A stretch of DNA of 43,172 bases from Abditibacteriaceae bacterium. Lineage in GTDB: Bacteria; Armatimonadota; Abditibacteriia; Abditibacteriales; Abditibacteriaceae. The position numbers were made by a program, and so were the translations under genes. Each line of letters begins with the position of its first letter. The first letter of the stretch is position 1. Under the pieces are notes generated by a model that searched no databases, was not told the DNA's origin, and saw only the letters and a list, made by a program, of their open reading frames with translations. Below, one piece after another: positions 29,761 through 38,952 of this stretch. The stretch spans positions 1 through 43,172 of the forward strand of contig JANMKN010000011.1 in assembly GCA_031372065.1 (NCBI GenBank), written 5' to 3'.

Positions 29761-30381
29761 CTAACCAAGCGCTAAAATAATGCGGTCTTTCTCGCGGCAA
29801 CGGGGACAAAATTGGGTGAAGCCGCCTTTGCCATCGTGCATTTGAAAGGCTTGCTGTGGCCCAGAGTAACCGCAGTTTTCGCAGCGGGCAAAGCCGGGAG
29901 GCACCGTTTTCTTGGTTAGGGAAATCGTAGCTGTGGTATCCGGTTCAATCTCGATATCGTAAGAGTAAACGCGCCGCAGATGGGCCACCACACGCGCCAC
30001 TAATAATTTCGGATTGAACGGCTTTGTTACGAAATCATCGGCGCCGATGCGAAAGCATTGTAATTGTGGCTCTTCGCCCGAAAGCGCGGTCATAATAATG
30101 ATGGGCACGGTGCTTTTTTCGCGCACTTGCATACAAACGGCGCGGCCATCGAAACCGGGCAACATTAAATCCAACAAAATCAAATGAGGATCGGCTTCCT
30201 TGCAAGCCTGCAAACCCATCGGGCCATCGGCAGCGTAGCGGCAATCAAGACCGGCGCGTGCCAGATTCAGCAAAATCAAACGAGCGACTTCGGCATCGTC
30301 TTCGATAACCAAAACGCGAAACTTTTCGCCCGGACCGGGCTTTTGAGGCATCGTCAACAGGGTGGGTGGTGTGGTAGACAT
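29761..30381 (-). CDS. Response regulator: OmpR-type receiver with C-terminal zinc ribbon
   Basis: VLVIEDD, LLDLMLPGFDG, IIMTA, GADDFVTKPF; C-terminal CENC...CPRC. Confidence 0.88.
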   Translation of the reverse strand: MSTTPPTLLTMPQKPGPGEKFRVLVIEDDAEVARLILLNLARAGLDCRYAADGPMGLQACKEADPHLILLDLMLPGFDGRAVCMQVREKSTVPIIIMTALSGEEPQLQCFRIGADDFVTKPFNPKLLVARVVAHLRRVYSYDIEIEPDTTATISLTKKTVPPGFARCENCGYSGPQQAFQMHDGKGGFTQFCPRCREKDRIILALG

Positions 30382-30542
30382 GGGAAATAACTCAAGTATG
30401 GCAGTATAAAGGCTGCAATGATGATCTGGAGTTCAAGGGAGTCCACATCTCATCAATTAGCTGCGGATACAACTTGTTATATTCCTTTGGCGATTCGCTC
30501 ATTGCCGGAATGTAACAACGCTACAATGAGCAAGATAGCCGC

Positions 30543-31448
30543 CTAAAGTAAGGTTAGGACAGCTATGCAAAGTGCCCAGAAAAAAATATTTATCAGCATC
30601 GGCTTATCGCGCAGCATTTGCTCTGGTTCGCCGCCCACCGGAGAGGAGTGCGCCAACAGCAAAAAACGAAAAACGCCGTAGACCACAAATGGAATTGTCA
30701 TCATCATCAGCGCGTGGCGGTTGCCCTTTACAGCAGCGCTATCCGCCGCTAAAAACGTGTAAAGCGAATACGCGGTGATGGTCAGTCCCGCCGCGATGCC
30801 GATAAAGGTATCAAGCAGCGGCACGGTGTAAAACGTTAGCACTTTGCGCGTGGTTTCGCGGGCCTCGCCCAATTCCAAAAGCTCCGCGCGCCTCTTGCAA
30901 AGCGCCACAAATAAAGCCAACGTGAAAGTGCAGAACAAAATCCACGGCGAAATTTCAACCGGAATCGCCACGCAACCGGCCACGATGCGCAGCACAAAAC
31001 CGGAGGCAACGGCAAGAACATCTACTACAACAGCATTTTTCAAAACAAACGAATAAGATAATGTCAGGCAAAAATAGCCCAATGCCGTGAAAGGAAAATA
31101 AATCGCCTGCTTTTCCAGTTTCACGACGAGAAAAGCCGTTGCAATAGCAAAAAACAAGCAGAAACCAATCAAAGCTGCCGCTGTGCGCAGCGAAATTTTG
31201 CCTGCCGCCAAAGGGCGATTTTTCTTCACCGGATGCAAGCGATCCCGCTCCACATCGCGCCAATCGTTGATGATATAAGCCGCGCCCGACAGCGCACAAA
31301 AGCAGGCGAAAGCCAACAACACGCGCCCTAATTCCGCGAGCATCTCCGGCGCAGGCTGACGCAATCGTCCCGCGAATAAAAACCCGGCGAAGAGCAGCCC
31401 GTTTTTAGCCCATTGCCGCGTGCGCACGGCGCGCATAATGTCTCGCAT
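30543..31448 (-). CDS. UbiA-family polyprenyl-phosphate phosphoribosyltransferase (decaprenyl-phosphate phosphoribosyltransferase-like)
   Basis: R..QWAKN, YIINDWRDVERDRLHPVKKNRPLAAG, YSFVLK..VVDV..GFVLR, KRRAEL, YGVFRF, GGEPE. Confidence 0.88.
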   Translation of the reverse strand: MRDIMRAVRTRQWAKNGLLFAGFLFAGRLRQPAPEMLAELGRVLLAFACFCALSGAAYIINDWRDVERDRLHPVKKNRPLAAGKISLRTAAALIGFCLFFAIATAFLVVKLEKQAIYFPFTALGYFCLTLSYSFVLKNAVVVDVLAVASGFVLRIVAGCVAIPVEISPWILFCTFTLALFVALCKRRAELLELGEARETTRKVLTFYTVPLLDTFIGIAAGLTITAYSLYTFLAADSAAVKGNRHALMMMTIPFVVYGVFRFLLLAHSSPVGGEPEQMLRDKPMLINIFFWALCIAVLTLL

Positions 31449-31464
31449 TACAAGAAATTAACCC

Positions 31465-31565
31465 CGGATGAACACAGATGAACAAGGATAAATAGGAATT
31501 GAAACCCGAAATGAGAAATGATTTTCCTGTATTAAAATCCATCCGTGTTCCTTTGTGTTCATCCG
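31465..31565. repeat. Tandem/inverted repeat element between aroB and the UbiA-family gene
   Basis: cggatgaacacagatgaacaaggat ... atccatccgtgttcctttgtgttcatccg. Confidence 0.75.
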
Positions 31566-31569
31566 TAAT

Positions 31570-32661
31570 TCAAAATCCAAGCGCCTCTCTAACCGCTTCA
31601 TGCGGCGCGTCAGCGAATTTTTCGACGTGACCGATTTTAGTTGGCAAGATGAAATTCAAACTGGCGCCGCGCGATTTCTTGTCGAGCGCCATCGCCGCGA
31701 AAATCTCTTCTTCTTTCATGCCGTTTGGCACTTGTGTCGGCAAATCGGCGCGCTCGAAAAGGCGCGTTTGGCGCGCGATCAAGTCGTCAGCTTCGCTTTC
31801 GGGAATTGTGCCGAGAAGTTTCGCCAAACGCGCTGAGACGGTCATGCCGATGGCGATGGCTTCACCGTGCAAAAGTTCGCCGTAAGCACCAATAGCTTCA
31901 AAAGCGTGACCCGCCGTGTGGCCGTAATTGAGAATGGCGCGTCGCCCGATGCTGTCGCTTTCGCGTTCATCTTCGCCGACGACTTCCGCTTTGATTTCGC
32001 AAGAACGCGCGATGATTTTTTCGAGAACATCCGCATCCAAAGCCAAAGCCGCGTCGAGGTTTTCTTCGAGCCACACGAAAAATTCGGCATCGGCAATCAC
32101 GCCATATTTAATCACTTCGGCGAGGCCCGCGCATAGTTCGCGCGGTGGCAAAGTTTGCAGGCACAGCGGGTCAATTATCACTTCACTCGGCTGGTGAAAG
32201 GCGCCGATCAGGTTTTTCGCGCGCGGATGATTGACGCCGGTTTTGCCGCCGACGCTGGAATCCACCATCGCCAACAAGGTGGTCGGCACTTGAATAAAAG
32301 AAACGCCGCGCATCCAAGTGGCGGCCACAAAACCGGCCCAATCGCCAACGACACCGCCGCCTACAGCGACAACGCCGCCGCGCCGCGTGAAGCGATTTTC
32401 GGCTAAGGCATCGTAAGCGCGGCTTGTCCATTCGAGGCTTTTGGAGGTTTCTCCGGCGGGCGCGTTGAATTGCAAAACGCGATGTGCAACTTCTCCCGTT
32501 TTCAGGCGCGCGGCTAAAGCATCGGCATAGAGCGGCGCCACAGCTTCGTTCGATAAAACGGCGAGTTCATCCGGCCAATTTTCGCCACAAGTTTGTAGAG
32601 CGCCGGATTCGATTTTAATTTTGTAACTGCGCTCGCCCAAAGGCACTTTAATCAAGGTCAC
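31570..32661 (-). CDS. aroB: 3-dehydroquinate synthase
   Basis: GETSKS, GGGVVGDWAGFVAATWMRG, PTTLLAMVDSSVGGKTGVN, KNLIGAFHQP, LNYGHT, HGEAIAIG. Confidence 0.96.
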   Translation of the reverse strand: MTLIKVPLGERSYKIKIESGALQTCGENWPDELAVLSNEAVAPLYADALAARLKTGEVAHRVLQFNAPAGETSKSLEWTSRAYDALAENRFTRRGGVVAVGGGVVGDWAGFVAATWMRGVSFIQVPTTLLAMVDSSVGGKTGVNHPRAKNLIGAFHQPSEVIIDPLCLQTLPPRELCAGLAEVIKYGVIADAEFFVWLEENLDAALALDADVLEKIIARSCEIKAEVVGEDERESDSIGRRAILNYGHTAGHAFEAIGAYGELLHGEAIAIGMTVSARLAKLLGTIPESEADDLIARQTRLFERADLPTQVPNGMKEEEIFAAMALDKKSRGASLNFILPTKIGHVEKFADAPHEAVREALGF

Positions 32662-32742
32662 GCAAGCAATTTTAGCAAGATGAGCAACAGGTTAAACGCA
32701 AACTAATTTTTGCCTTGCTAAAAACGCAACAACGGCTTTCTT

Positions 32743-33165
32743 TCAAGTCGCGCTGATTCGACTTTTTTCAAGAAACTCGCGCAATTTTGCCAGTTGTGCG
32801 TGTTGTTTCTCAGTCAATTGGCTCACCGAGGGCGCGATTTCATTGGCGACAGTGCGCATCAATTCATCCACCTGCACGCCATAAAACTGCGGCAAATAAC
32901 ATTTCAATTTTTCCTGCATTCGCACATTTTGCCGCGCGGCGCCGATGAAATTTCCGCGACGGTGTTGATGAATCGCGACTGCCGCATGAATCAGACCATT
33001 GAAGAATAATTTGTGCTCATCATCTGTAACGCGCCATAAATCTTCGAGCGCTTCGTGCGCGCCAAAGAAATTTTCGTCTTGCCACAACTGCCAGAACTCG
33101 CAGTATTGTTCCGCTGCGTTTTCAGGCCAGTAAAATATAAAAGGCAATGAAGAAAGGATTTTCAT
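32743..33165 (-). CDS. DUF309 domain protein
   Basis: FFGAHEALEDLW...GLIHAAVAIHQHRRGN; start uncertain. Confidence 0.82.
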   Translation of the reverse strand: MKILSSLPFIFYWPENAAEQYCEFWQLWQDENFFGAHEALEDLWRVTDDEHKLFFNGLIHAAVAIHQHRRGNFIGAARQNVRMQEKLKCYLPQFYGVQVDELMRTVANEIAPSVSQLTEKQHAQLAKLREFLEKSRISAT

Positions 33166-33664
33166 GTTTATTTTGCAAAACGGCGAAGCGGCGCCAGAGA
33201 TTCATCTAACGGACGCGCAAGGCCAAGAATGGAAACTGAGCGACCACGGCGGCAAAATGGTCGTTTTGCACTTTTGTCGCGGCGAATTCTGACCGACCAC
33301 GCGGGGCGAGTTCGCCCTGTGGGACACATTTTGGCACATCTTCAAAAAAATGAATTGCGAAATCGTTTTTTTGGTCAACGGAGGCCGCAAAGAACACGCG
33401 CAATTCGTCGAAAATTTCAAAATTCGCCCGCCGCTTCTTATTGACGAAGAGGGCACAGTCGGTGCGGCTTACGGACTTTATGAAGTGAATCAACCATTTC
33501 GAGGCGACGACTACAAAATCTACACGGCGCCCGCTGTGATTTTAGTGGATGCCGAGGGTTTAATTGCGTGTCAATGGCTACTCAGTGGCCCGCGAGGGCG
33601 ACCTTCACCCGAATGTTTGCTCGGCGTTTTAAGTTTCGCGGAGCATAACAATTGGAAATATTGA
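33164..33664 (+). CDS. Peroxiredoxin-like (AhpC/TSA) selenoprotein, 166 aa, with Sec at codon 43
   Basis: SD agaaagga then ATG 33164 reads MFILQNGEAAPEIHLTDAQGQEWKLSDHGGKMVVLHFCRGEF-TGA(33290-33292)-PTTRGEFALWDTFWHIFKK and continues in frame into the track ORF 33350-33664 (APAVILVDAEG). The TGA aligns with the redox Cys of F-x-R-G-x-W-C-P-x-C. Confidence 0.82.
33297..33322 (+). promoter_or_regulatory. Candidate bacterial SECIS hairpin
   Basis: ccacg-cg-gggcg-AGTT-cgccc-tgtgg just 3' of the in-frame TGA; the loop starts 16 nt after the UGA and has G at position 2. Confidence 0.65.
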
Positions 33665-33672
33665 CCTGCAAA

Positions 33673-34917
33673 TCAACGACTTTTTTGCGCTAACAAAGAA
33701 AGACCGGTGGCGAAGATTAGCACGGGCGGAATATAAGCCAAAAGCAGCGGGTTGCCGATGCCGTTTTCGCCTAATTTGCTGCACCATGTCCATGTGAGAT
33801 AATAAATCGTCAGCACGATTAGGCTCATGCCAAGCGCGAGGCCACTTTGGCCTTTAGCGCGTGGCGGACGCAAACCCAGCGGCGCTCCCACTAAAACCAA
33901 GCCCAAACATAGCAGCGGCGTAGCAAACCTGTCGTGCATGGCAAAAGTCAGGCTGCGCACTTTTTTCGCAAGATCGTCGCGTGTTTCTCCATCTTCCTCG
34001 CGCACTGCGTTTTCGTAGGTTTCTTTGCGATACGGCACTAAATCGCGCAGGGAAACATACTCGAAATTGGATTCGTCCATCGCCTGACGCGCGTTGATGT
34101 TGCTGTTAGCTAATTTGGAGAGTGCCGGGGCTTCCCGATTGCTGGCAACGTTGAATTTGATGGTGTTTTTGGCGATCCAAGCGCCGGTTACAGGATTTTT
34201 ACCGAATTTCGTTGTGGAACCGTTATATAAGCGCCATTTATTGCTTACCAAATCCCATTGCCCTTTTTTCGCTTGAATGACCGTTTCGGGCGACTGACGT
34301 TCGACATTAAAAATGGTAATCGTTGGTTCAATGAGCGTGCCGGTTTTAGTGTCAAAATCTTTGGCCTGAATCAAGGTCTTCAAAGGGCCTTTGCCGCGTG
34401 GCGGATCGTCATAACGAAAGCCGCCTTTGGCGCTGGATTGAATCGCACCGCGCTTGACGGCATCCATGCGCATTTGCGTGCCGGGAACCAAAAATTCCTG
34501 CAACAAAAACGCGAAAATGCCTAAAATCACGCTCCAGATTAAGGCTGGAATCATCATGCGAGGCAAACTGACGCCGCTGGCCCATAATGCGGTAATTTCG
34601 CTTTCGGTGGAAAGTTCGGTAAACGCTTGTGTGGTGCCGTAAAGCACCGCCATCGGCAAAGCGAAAAGAAAAATGCGCGGCACTTGATACAATACCATGC
34701 TGAATAACGTGCTTAACGGAAAGTGATCGGACATAGCCGAGCGCACTGCCGAAACAATCGTCACCATGACGAGCAAACCGCCAAAGGACAGCAGGCCGCG
34801 CAAGGTGCCTTCTATGACATGCGCCAGCAAATAACTGTCAACAATTTTCAGCGGCCCTTCTTTGGGGCGCTTTTTACGCGTCACGCTTTTAGAAGCGGCA
34901 GATTGCACAGATGCCAT
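33673..34917 (-). CDS. LptF/LptG family permease
   Basis: IVDSYL, LPMAVLYG, LSTESEITALWASGVSL.R, periplasmic domain, RFATPLLCL..LVGAPLG, LAYIPP. Confidence 0.9.
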   Translation of the reverse strand: MASVQSAASKSVTRKKRPKEGPLKIVDSYLLAHVIEGTLRGLLSFGGLLVMVTIVSAVRSAMSDHFPLSTLFSMVLYQVPRIFLFALPMAVLYGTTQAFTELSTESEITALWASGVSLPRMMIPALIWSVILGIFAFLLQEFLVPGTQMRMDAVKRGAIQSSAKGGFRYDDPPRGKGPLKTLIQAKDFDTKTGTLIEPTITIFNVERQSPETVIQAKKGQWDLVSNKWRLYNGSTTKFGKNPVTGAWIAKNTIKFNVASNREAPALSKLANSNINARQAMDESNFEYVSLRDLVPYRKETYENAVREEDGETRDDLAKKVRSLTFAMHDRFATPLLCLGLVLVGAPLGLRPPRAKGQSGLALGMSLIVLTIYYLTWTWCSKLGENGIGNPLLLAYIPPVLIFATGLSLLAQKSR

Positions 34918-34954
34918 ATTACAAATTACAATTCAAGGCGCAAAAAGCACCGCT

Positions 34955-35737
34955 TTAAATTTCTTGCAAGCAGCGATGCAAATAGCCGCGCGCTTCTGCC
35001 GCGATGCCCATCGCGCGCGAAACCGGATAATCTTTGGCGCCAATGACTTCCAGATTGACCGGACCGTTGTAGCCAATGCTTTTGAGCGACTTTAAAATGC
35101 CGGGTAAATCCAGCGCGCCGCGTCCGGGAATTTGCTGTTCCGGCGTTCCGGGCGGGCCGGGAACGCGGACGGGGCAATCGCGAAAATGACAGGTCACAAT
35201 GCGCTCGCCCCACAACGGCGCCACTTGCGCCGGGTCTTCATCAGCGCGCGCCAAATGGCTCGGATCGAAATTTAATCCCACGGCGCCTTGCGTTACTTCA
35301 TCCATCAAACGTATTCCCGTCGCGGCGTTGTAAATCGCTTGATTGACGTGCGGTTTGACCGCCAAAATCACGCCCGCGTCTTCGGCCATTTGCGCCACAG
35401 TGCGCACAAATTTAATGGACTGTTGCGTTGATGCTTCGTCGTCGGATTTGCCGCCGCTACCAATATTCACAATAGGCACGCCAATTTGCGCGGCTAAATC
35501 TAACAAGCCATGCAAACGTTCGATATCATTGGTGGCCGCTTCCATCGCAGTTGGTGTGAGATTGTGCTGCGCCAATAAATCGTTGATTTTCCCGGCATCG
35601 TCGCCGATTTCAACGTGCGGCGACATTCCGGCAATCGCAGCCAATTCGACGTATTCATAACCGGCCCACGCGACGTGTTGCAGCGCCGTTTCCAAATCGG
35701 TTCCGGCGAATACGACAGTGTTCATTCCCAGTTTCAT
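34955..35737 (-). CDS. Sugar phosphate isomerase/epimerase (xylose-isomerase-like TIM barrel)
   Basis: AGYEYVEL, GLNFDPSH, HFRD, PGRGALD, GYNGPVNLE. Confidence 0.85.
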   Translation of the reverse strand: MKLGMNTVVFAGTDLETALQHVAWAGYEYVELAAIAGMSPHVEIGDDAGKINDLLAQHNLTPTAMEAATNDIERLHGLLDLAAQIGVPIVNIGSGGKSDDEASTQQSIKFVRTVAQMAEDAGVILAVKPHVNQAIYNAATGIRLMDEVTQGAVGLNFDPSHLARADEDPAQVAPLWGERIVTCHFRDCPVRVPGPPGTPEQQIPGRGALDLPGILKSLKSIGYNGPVNLEVIGAKDYPVSRAMGIAAEARGYLHRCLQEI

Positions 35738-35748
35738 GCAAGATTTCC

Positions 35749-36807
35749 TTATAACTTAATCCGTTTGCCTTCGCGCGCGCTTTGATAGGCCGCAAGGCAC
35801 ATTTCGACACTCACTTTGCCATCGCGCGCCGAAACGCTGGGCGGCGCGGCATTTTGCAAATTGTCAATCCACGGGCGCGGCACGGCTTTAAGGCGCTCAT
35901 AATGAGTGCCGGGCACTTGAAAATCAAAGGCTTCCCAATGGCCGGTGCTTTTGCGCCACAAGCGGAGCGGCGGCGTGCCGGGCGGTGCGTGCGGCGTCGA
36001 AACGCCGTCGTCCCAGTTTTGGATAATCACGCCTTCGTCGCCATAAATCTCGCAGGTGTTTTCGCCCGCCAGCGTTACCGACGAGTTGAAAAGCACGCCC
36101 ATCGCACCCCCAGCGACGTTTTCTGCTTCCGGCCAGCGATAAAGTGCCAGACCAGTGTCATCCGGCGCCACATTCGTCAGCACATTATCAATTTCGGCCA
36201 TGACGCTATGCGGGCGGCCCAAAATCCAATACATAAAATCGGCGGCATGAACGGCATCGTCGAAAAACATTCCGACATTTTGCAGCGGATCAATGTGCCA
36301 TGCGCTCGGCGATTGTGGCAAACCAGAGTTGAACAGAAAATTAATGCAATGGCGGCGACGCATGGCGCCCACGCGGCCCAGCGCGCCGGAACTGACCCAT
36401 TCTTTGATTTTTTGATTCAACGGGTCGCAGCGCATTTGAAAGGCCATTTGAAAATGCACGCCGCTTTTTTCCACAGCCGCGATAATGCGGTCACAATCGG
36501 CGAGCGTGGTCGCCAAAGGCTTTTGACACAGCACGTTTTTGCCCGCCGCGCACGCCGCTTCGATGATTTTCGCGTGTTGATTCGTCGGACTGGTCACGAT
36601 AACGGCGTGAATGTCATCGCGCGCTAAAAGCGCATCCAAATCGGCGTGCCAGTCGAGATTGTATTTTTCGCAGGCGGCTTGGCCTCGTTCGAGATTATCA
36701 TCCCACGCGGCGATGACTTTGGCATCTTCAAAGGCAGCGATGGCATCGCAATAAGCGTTGGCGTGGCCGTGGGCAAAGGACAGAACGGCAATGTTGATTG
36801 TTGGCAT
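35749..36807 (-). CDS. Gfo/Idh/MocA family oxidoreductase
   Basis: SFAHGHA, AGKNVLCQKPLA, AFQMR, DDAVHAAD. Confidence 0.9.
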   Translation of the reverse strand: MPTINIAVLSFAHGHANAYCDAIAAFEDAKVIAAWDDNLERGQAACEKYNLDWHADLDALLARDDIHAVIVTSPTNQHAKIIEAACAAGKNVLCQKPLATTLADCDRIIAAVEKSGVHFQMAFQMRCDPLNQKIKEWVSSGALGRVGAMRRRHCINFLFNSGLPQSPSAWHIDPLQNVGMFFDDAVHAADFMYWILGRPHSVMAEIDNVLTNVAPDDTGLALYRWPEAENVAGGAMGVLFNSSVTLAGENTCEIYGDEGVIIQNWDDGVSTPHAPPGTPPLRLWRKSTGHWEAFDFQVPGTHYERLKAVPRPWIDNLQNAAPPSVSARDGKVSVEMCLAAYQSAREGKRIKL

Positions 36808-36921
36808 AAGGAAAATTTCCGGTTGAATGTGGCAGGCAATCTTGCTACATTTTCCGCAAAAGGCGCGCTTGTGAAAAGGTTACAATGTATCATAGCGTGC
36901 AAAAGAGAAACGTGAATTATT

Positions 36922-38907
36922 ATGGAATTTGATTTGTCCCGCGAGTGGCTGGAAGCCAATGGCATCGGCGGTTATGCCTGTTCGACGGTTATTGGCTGCA
37001 ACACACGACGTTATCACGCGCTTTTGTGCGCCGCCACCGCGCCGCCTTTGGGCCGCATGGTATTGGTCAACAAAGCCGATGAAACGTTGGATATCGGCGA
37101 GCGCCACGTCGAACTCGGCTGCAATCAGTTTCCCGGCACAATTCATCCCAATGGTTATCATTATTTGGAATCGTTCGAAACGTTTCCCTTGCCGCGCTGG
37201 ATTTATCGTGTGCCCGGTTTTGAAAACGCGCCGGATGTCGTCCTCGAAAAGACCTTGTGGATGCCGCACGGCGAAAATCGCACTTGCATTCGCTATGTTT
37301 TGCGTGAAGGCCCCGAAATCTCACTGTCGCTGCGCCCTTATGTCACGGGTCGCGATTATCATCACACCCTGAGTTTCAACACGCATTACAACACGTCCGT
37401 CGAAAAACTGCGCGAAAACGGCGATGGACATGGCACGCAATTGAAAATGCAGCCTTACGAAGGCAGCCCGCCGATCATTTTTACGGCAAACGGCGAGTTT
37501 TTCGGCGCGGGCGCGTGGTATTACGCTTTTGAATACGCCGTCGAAATGGAGCGCGGCCTCGATTGCCACGAAGACGCGTGGTGCCCCGGCGCTTTTGTGT
37601 GGAAGCTCAAAGCGGGGCAAAGCGCCGAGTTTTGCGTCGCTACCGAGCCGCTTTCGGTTGAACCAAAACAAGATTTCGCGTGTTTGTCGTCGCTGCAAAA
37701 CGAAATCAAACGCCGCGAAGCTATCAAAGCGACGTTTGCCGATTTGCCCGAACCGCGTCGCGAAGCAGCGGGCCGTCTTGCCCTTGCCGCCGATCAAGTC
37801 ATTGTGCAGCGTCAGGACAGATTGCATACCGTTTTGGCCGGTTATCCGTGGTTTTCCGATTGGGGCCGCGACACCATGATTGCGCTGCCCGGCTTGTGCC
37901 TGACGACGAAGCGTTTTTACGAAGCCTCTTCGATTTTGCTGTCGTTTGCCAAAGCCGCCAGCGAAGGCATGATTCCTAATCGCTTCCCTGACCACGGCGA
38001 AACGCCCGATTACAACACCGTAGACGCGACGCTGTGGTTTTTTCACGCCACGGCGCAATATCTTCAGCGCAGCGGCGACTGGAAAACCGTTGGGACGCAG
38101 ATTTATCCGGTTTTGCGCGAGTGCATCGAATGGCACATCAAAGGCACGCGTTACGGCATTCAGGCCGACGAAAGCGATGGTTTGCTCCATAGCGGCGGCG
38201 GCGGCACGCAATTGACGTGGATGGATGCCAAAGTCGGCGATTGGGTTGTGACGCCGCGCGAAGGCAAGGCTGTGGAAATTCAAGCGCTGTGGTTCAACGC
38301 TCTGCGCAACATGATGGAGATGGCTGACCGCGCCGGTGACAAAGAAATGAAAAACCTGTGCGGCGATTGGAGCCGCAAGGTCAAGAAAAATTTCACCGAG
38401 AAATTTTGGAATGCCGACGAAAATTGCCTGTTCGATTACATCAACGGCCACTATCAAGACGGTGCCATTCGTCCCAATCAAATTTTTGTTGTGTCTCTGC
38501 CGCATCGTTTGCTAACGACCGAATTGGAAAAACGCGTTGTGGCTTGCGTGCAGCGCGAATTACTGACGCCACACGGCCTGCGTTCGCTGTCGCCGCGCGA
38601 TTCGCGCTATCGCCCGATTTACATCGGCGACCAATGGCAGCGCGACGGCTCGTATCATCAAGGCACGGTTTGGGGCTGGCCGATTGGCGGCTTTTTGGAA
38701 GCCTATTTGAAAGTCAATCGCCACAGCGCAACGGCAAAAAAACAAGCGAGCGCGTGGCTGCAACCGCTGATTGACCATTTAGACGAAGCCTGCCTTGGCA
38801 GCATCAGCGAAATCTTCGACGGCGACCCGCCTTTCACGCCGCGCGGCTGTTTCGCCCAAGCATGGAGCATCAGCGAAGTGCTACGCATTTTGGTGGAAGA
38901 GTTGTGA
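36922..38907 (+). CDS. Glycogen debranching enzyme (amylo-alpha-1,6-glucosidase)
   Basis: EWLEANGIGGYA, TRRYHALL, AGYPWFSDWGRDTMIALPG, QLTWMDAK, RPNQ, YHQGTVWGW, SEIFDG, QAWS. Confidence 0.93.
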   Translation: MEFDLSREWLEANGIGGYACSTVIGCNTRRYHALLCAATAPPLGRMVLVNKADETLDIGERHVELGCNQFPGTIHPNGYHYLESFETFPLPRWIYRVPGFENAPDVVLEKTLWMPHGENRTCIRYVLREGPEISLSLRPYVTGRDYHHTLSFNTHYNTSVEKLRENGDGHGTQLKMQPYEGSPPIIFTANGEFFGAGAWYYAFEYAVEMERGLDCHEDAWCPGAFVWKLKAGQSAEFCVATEPLSVEPKQDFACLSSLQNEIKRREAIKATFADLPEPRREAAGRLALAADQVIVQRQDRLHTVLAGYPWFSDWGRDTMIALPGLCLTTKRFYEASSILLSFAKAASEGMIPNRFPDHGETPDYNTVDATLWFFHATAQYLQRSGDWKTVGTQIYPVLRECIEWHIKGTRYGIQADESDGLLHSGGGGTQLTWMDAKVGDWVVTPREGKAVEIQALWFNALRNMMEMADRAGDKEMKNLCGDWSRKVKKNFTEKFWNADENCLFDYINGHYQDGAIRPNQIFVVSLPHRLLTTELEKRVVACVQRELLTPHGLRSLSPRDSRYRPIYIGDQWQRDGSYHQGTVWGWPIGGFLEAYLKVNRHSATAKKQASAWLQPLIDHLDEACLGSISEIFDGDPPFTPRGCFAQAWSISEVLRILVEEL

Positions 38908-38952
38908 TTCAGGTCGGAATCTTTTTTGTGGCCTAAAACCCACAATTGCCCT

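Noticed and set aside
33290..33292. UGA reassigned genome-wide to Trp or Gly (genetic code 4 or 25)
   Set aside because: TGA is the evident stop of several genes here (pilB 5845, prepilin 13555, aroB, debranching enzyme 38907), and no other gene shows an internal TGA.
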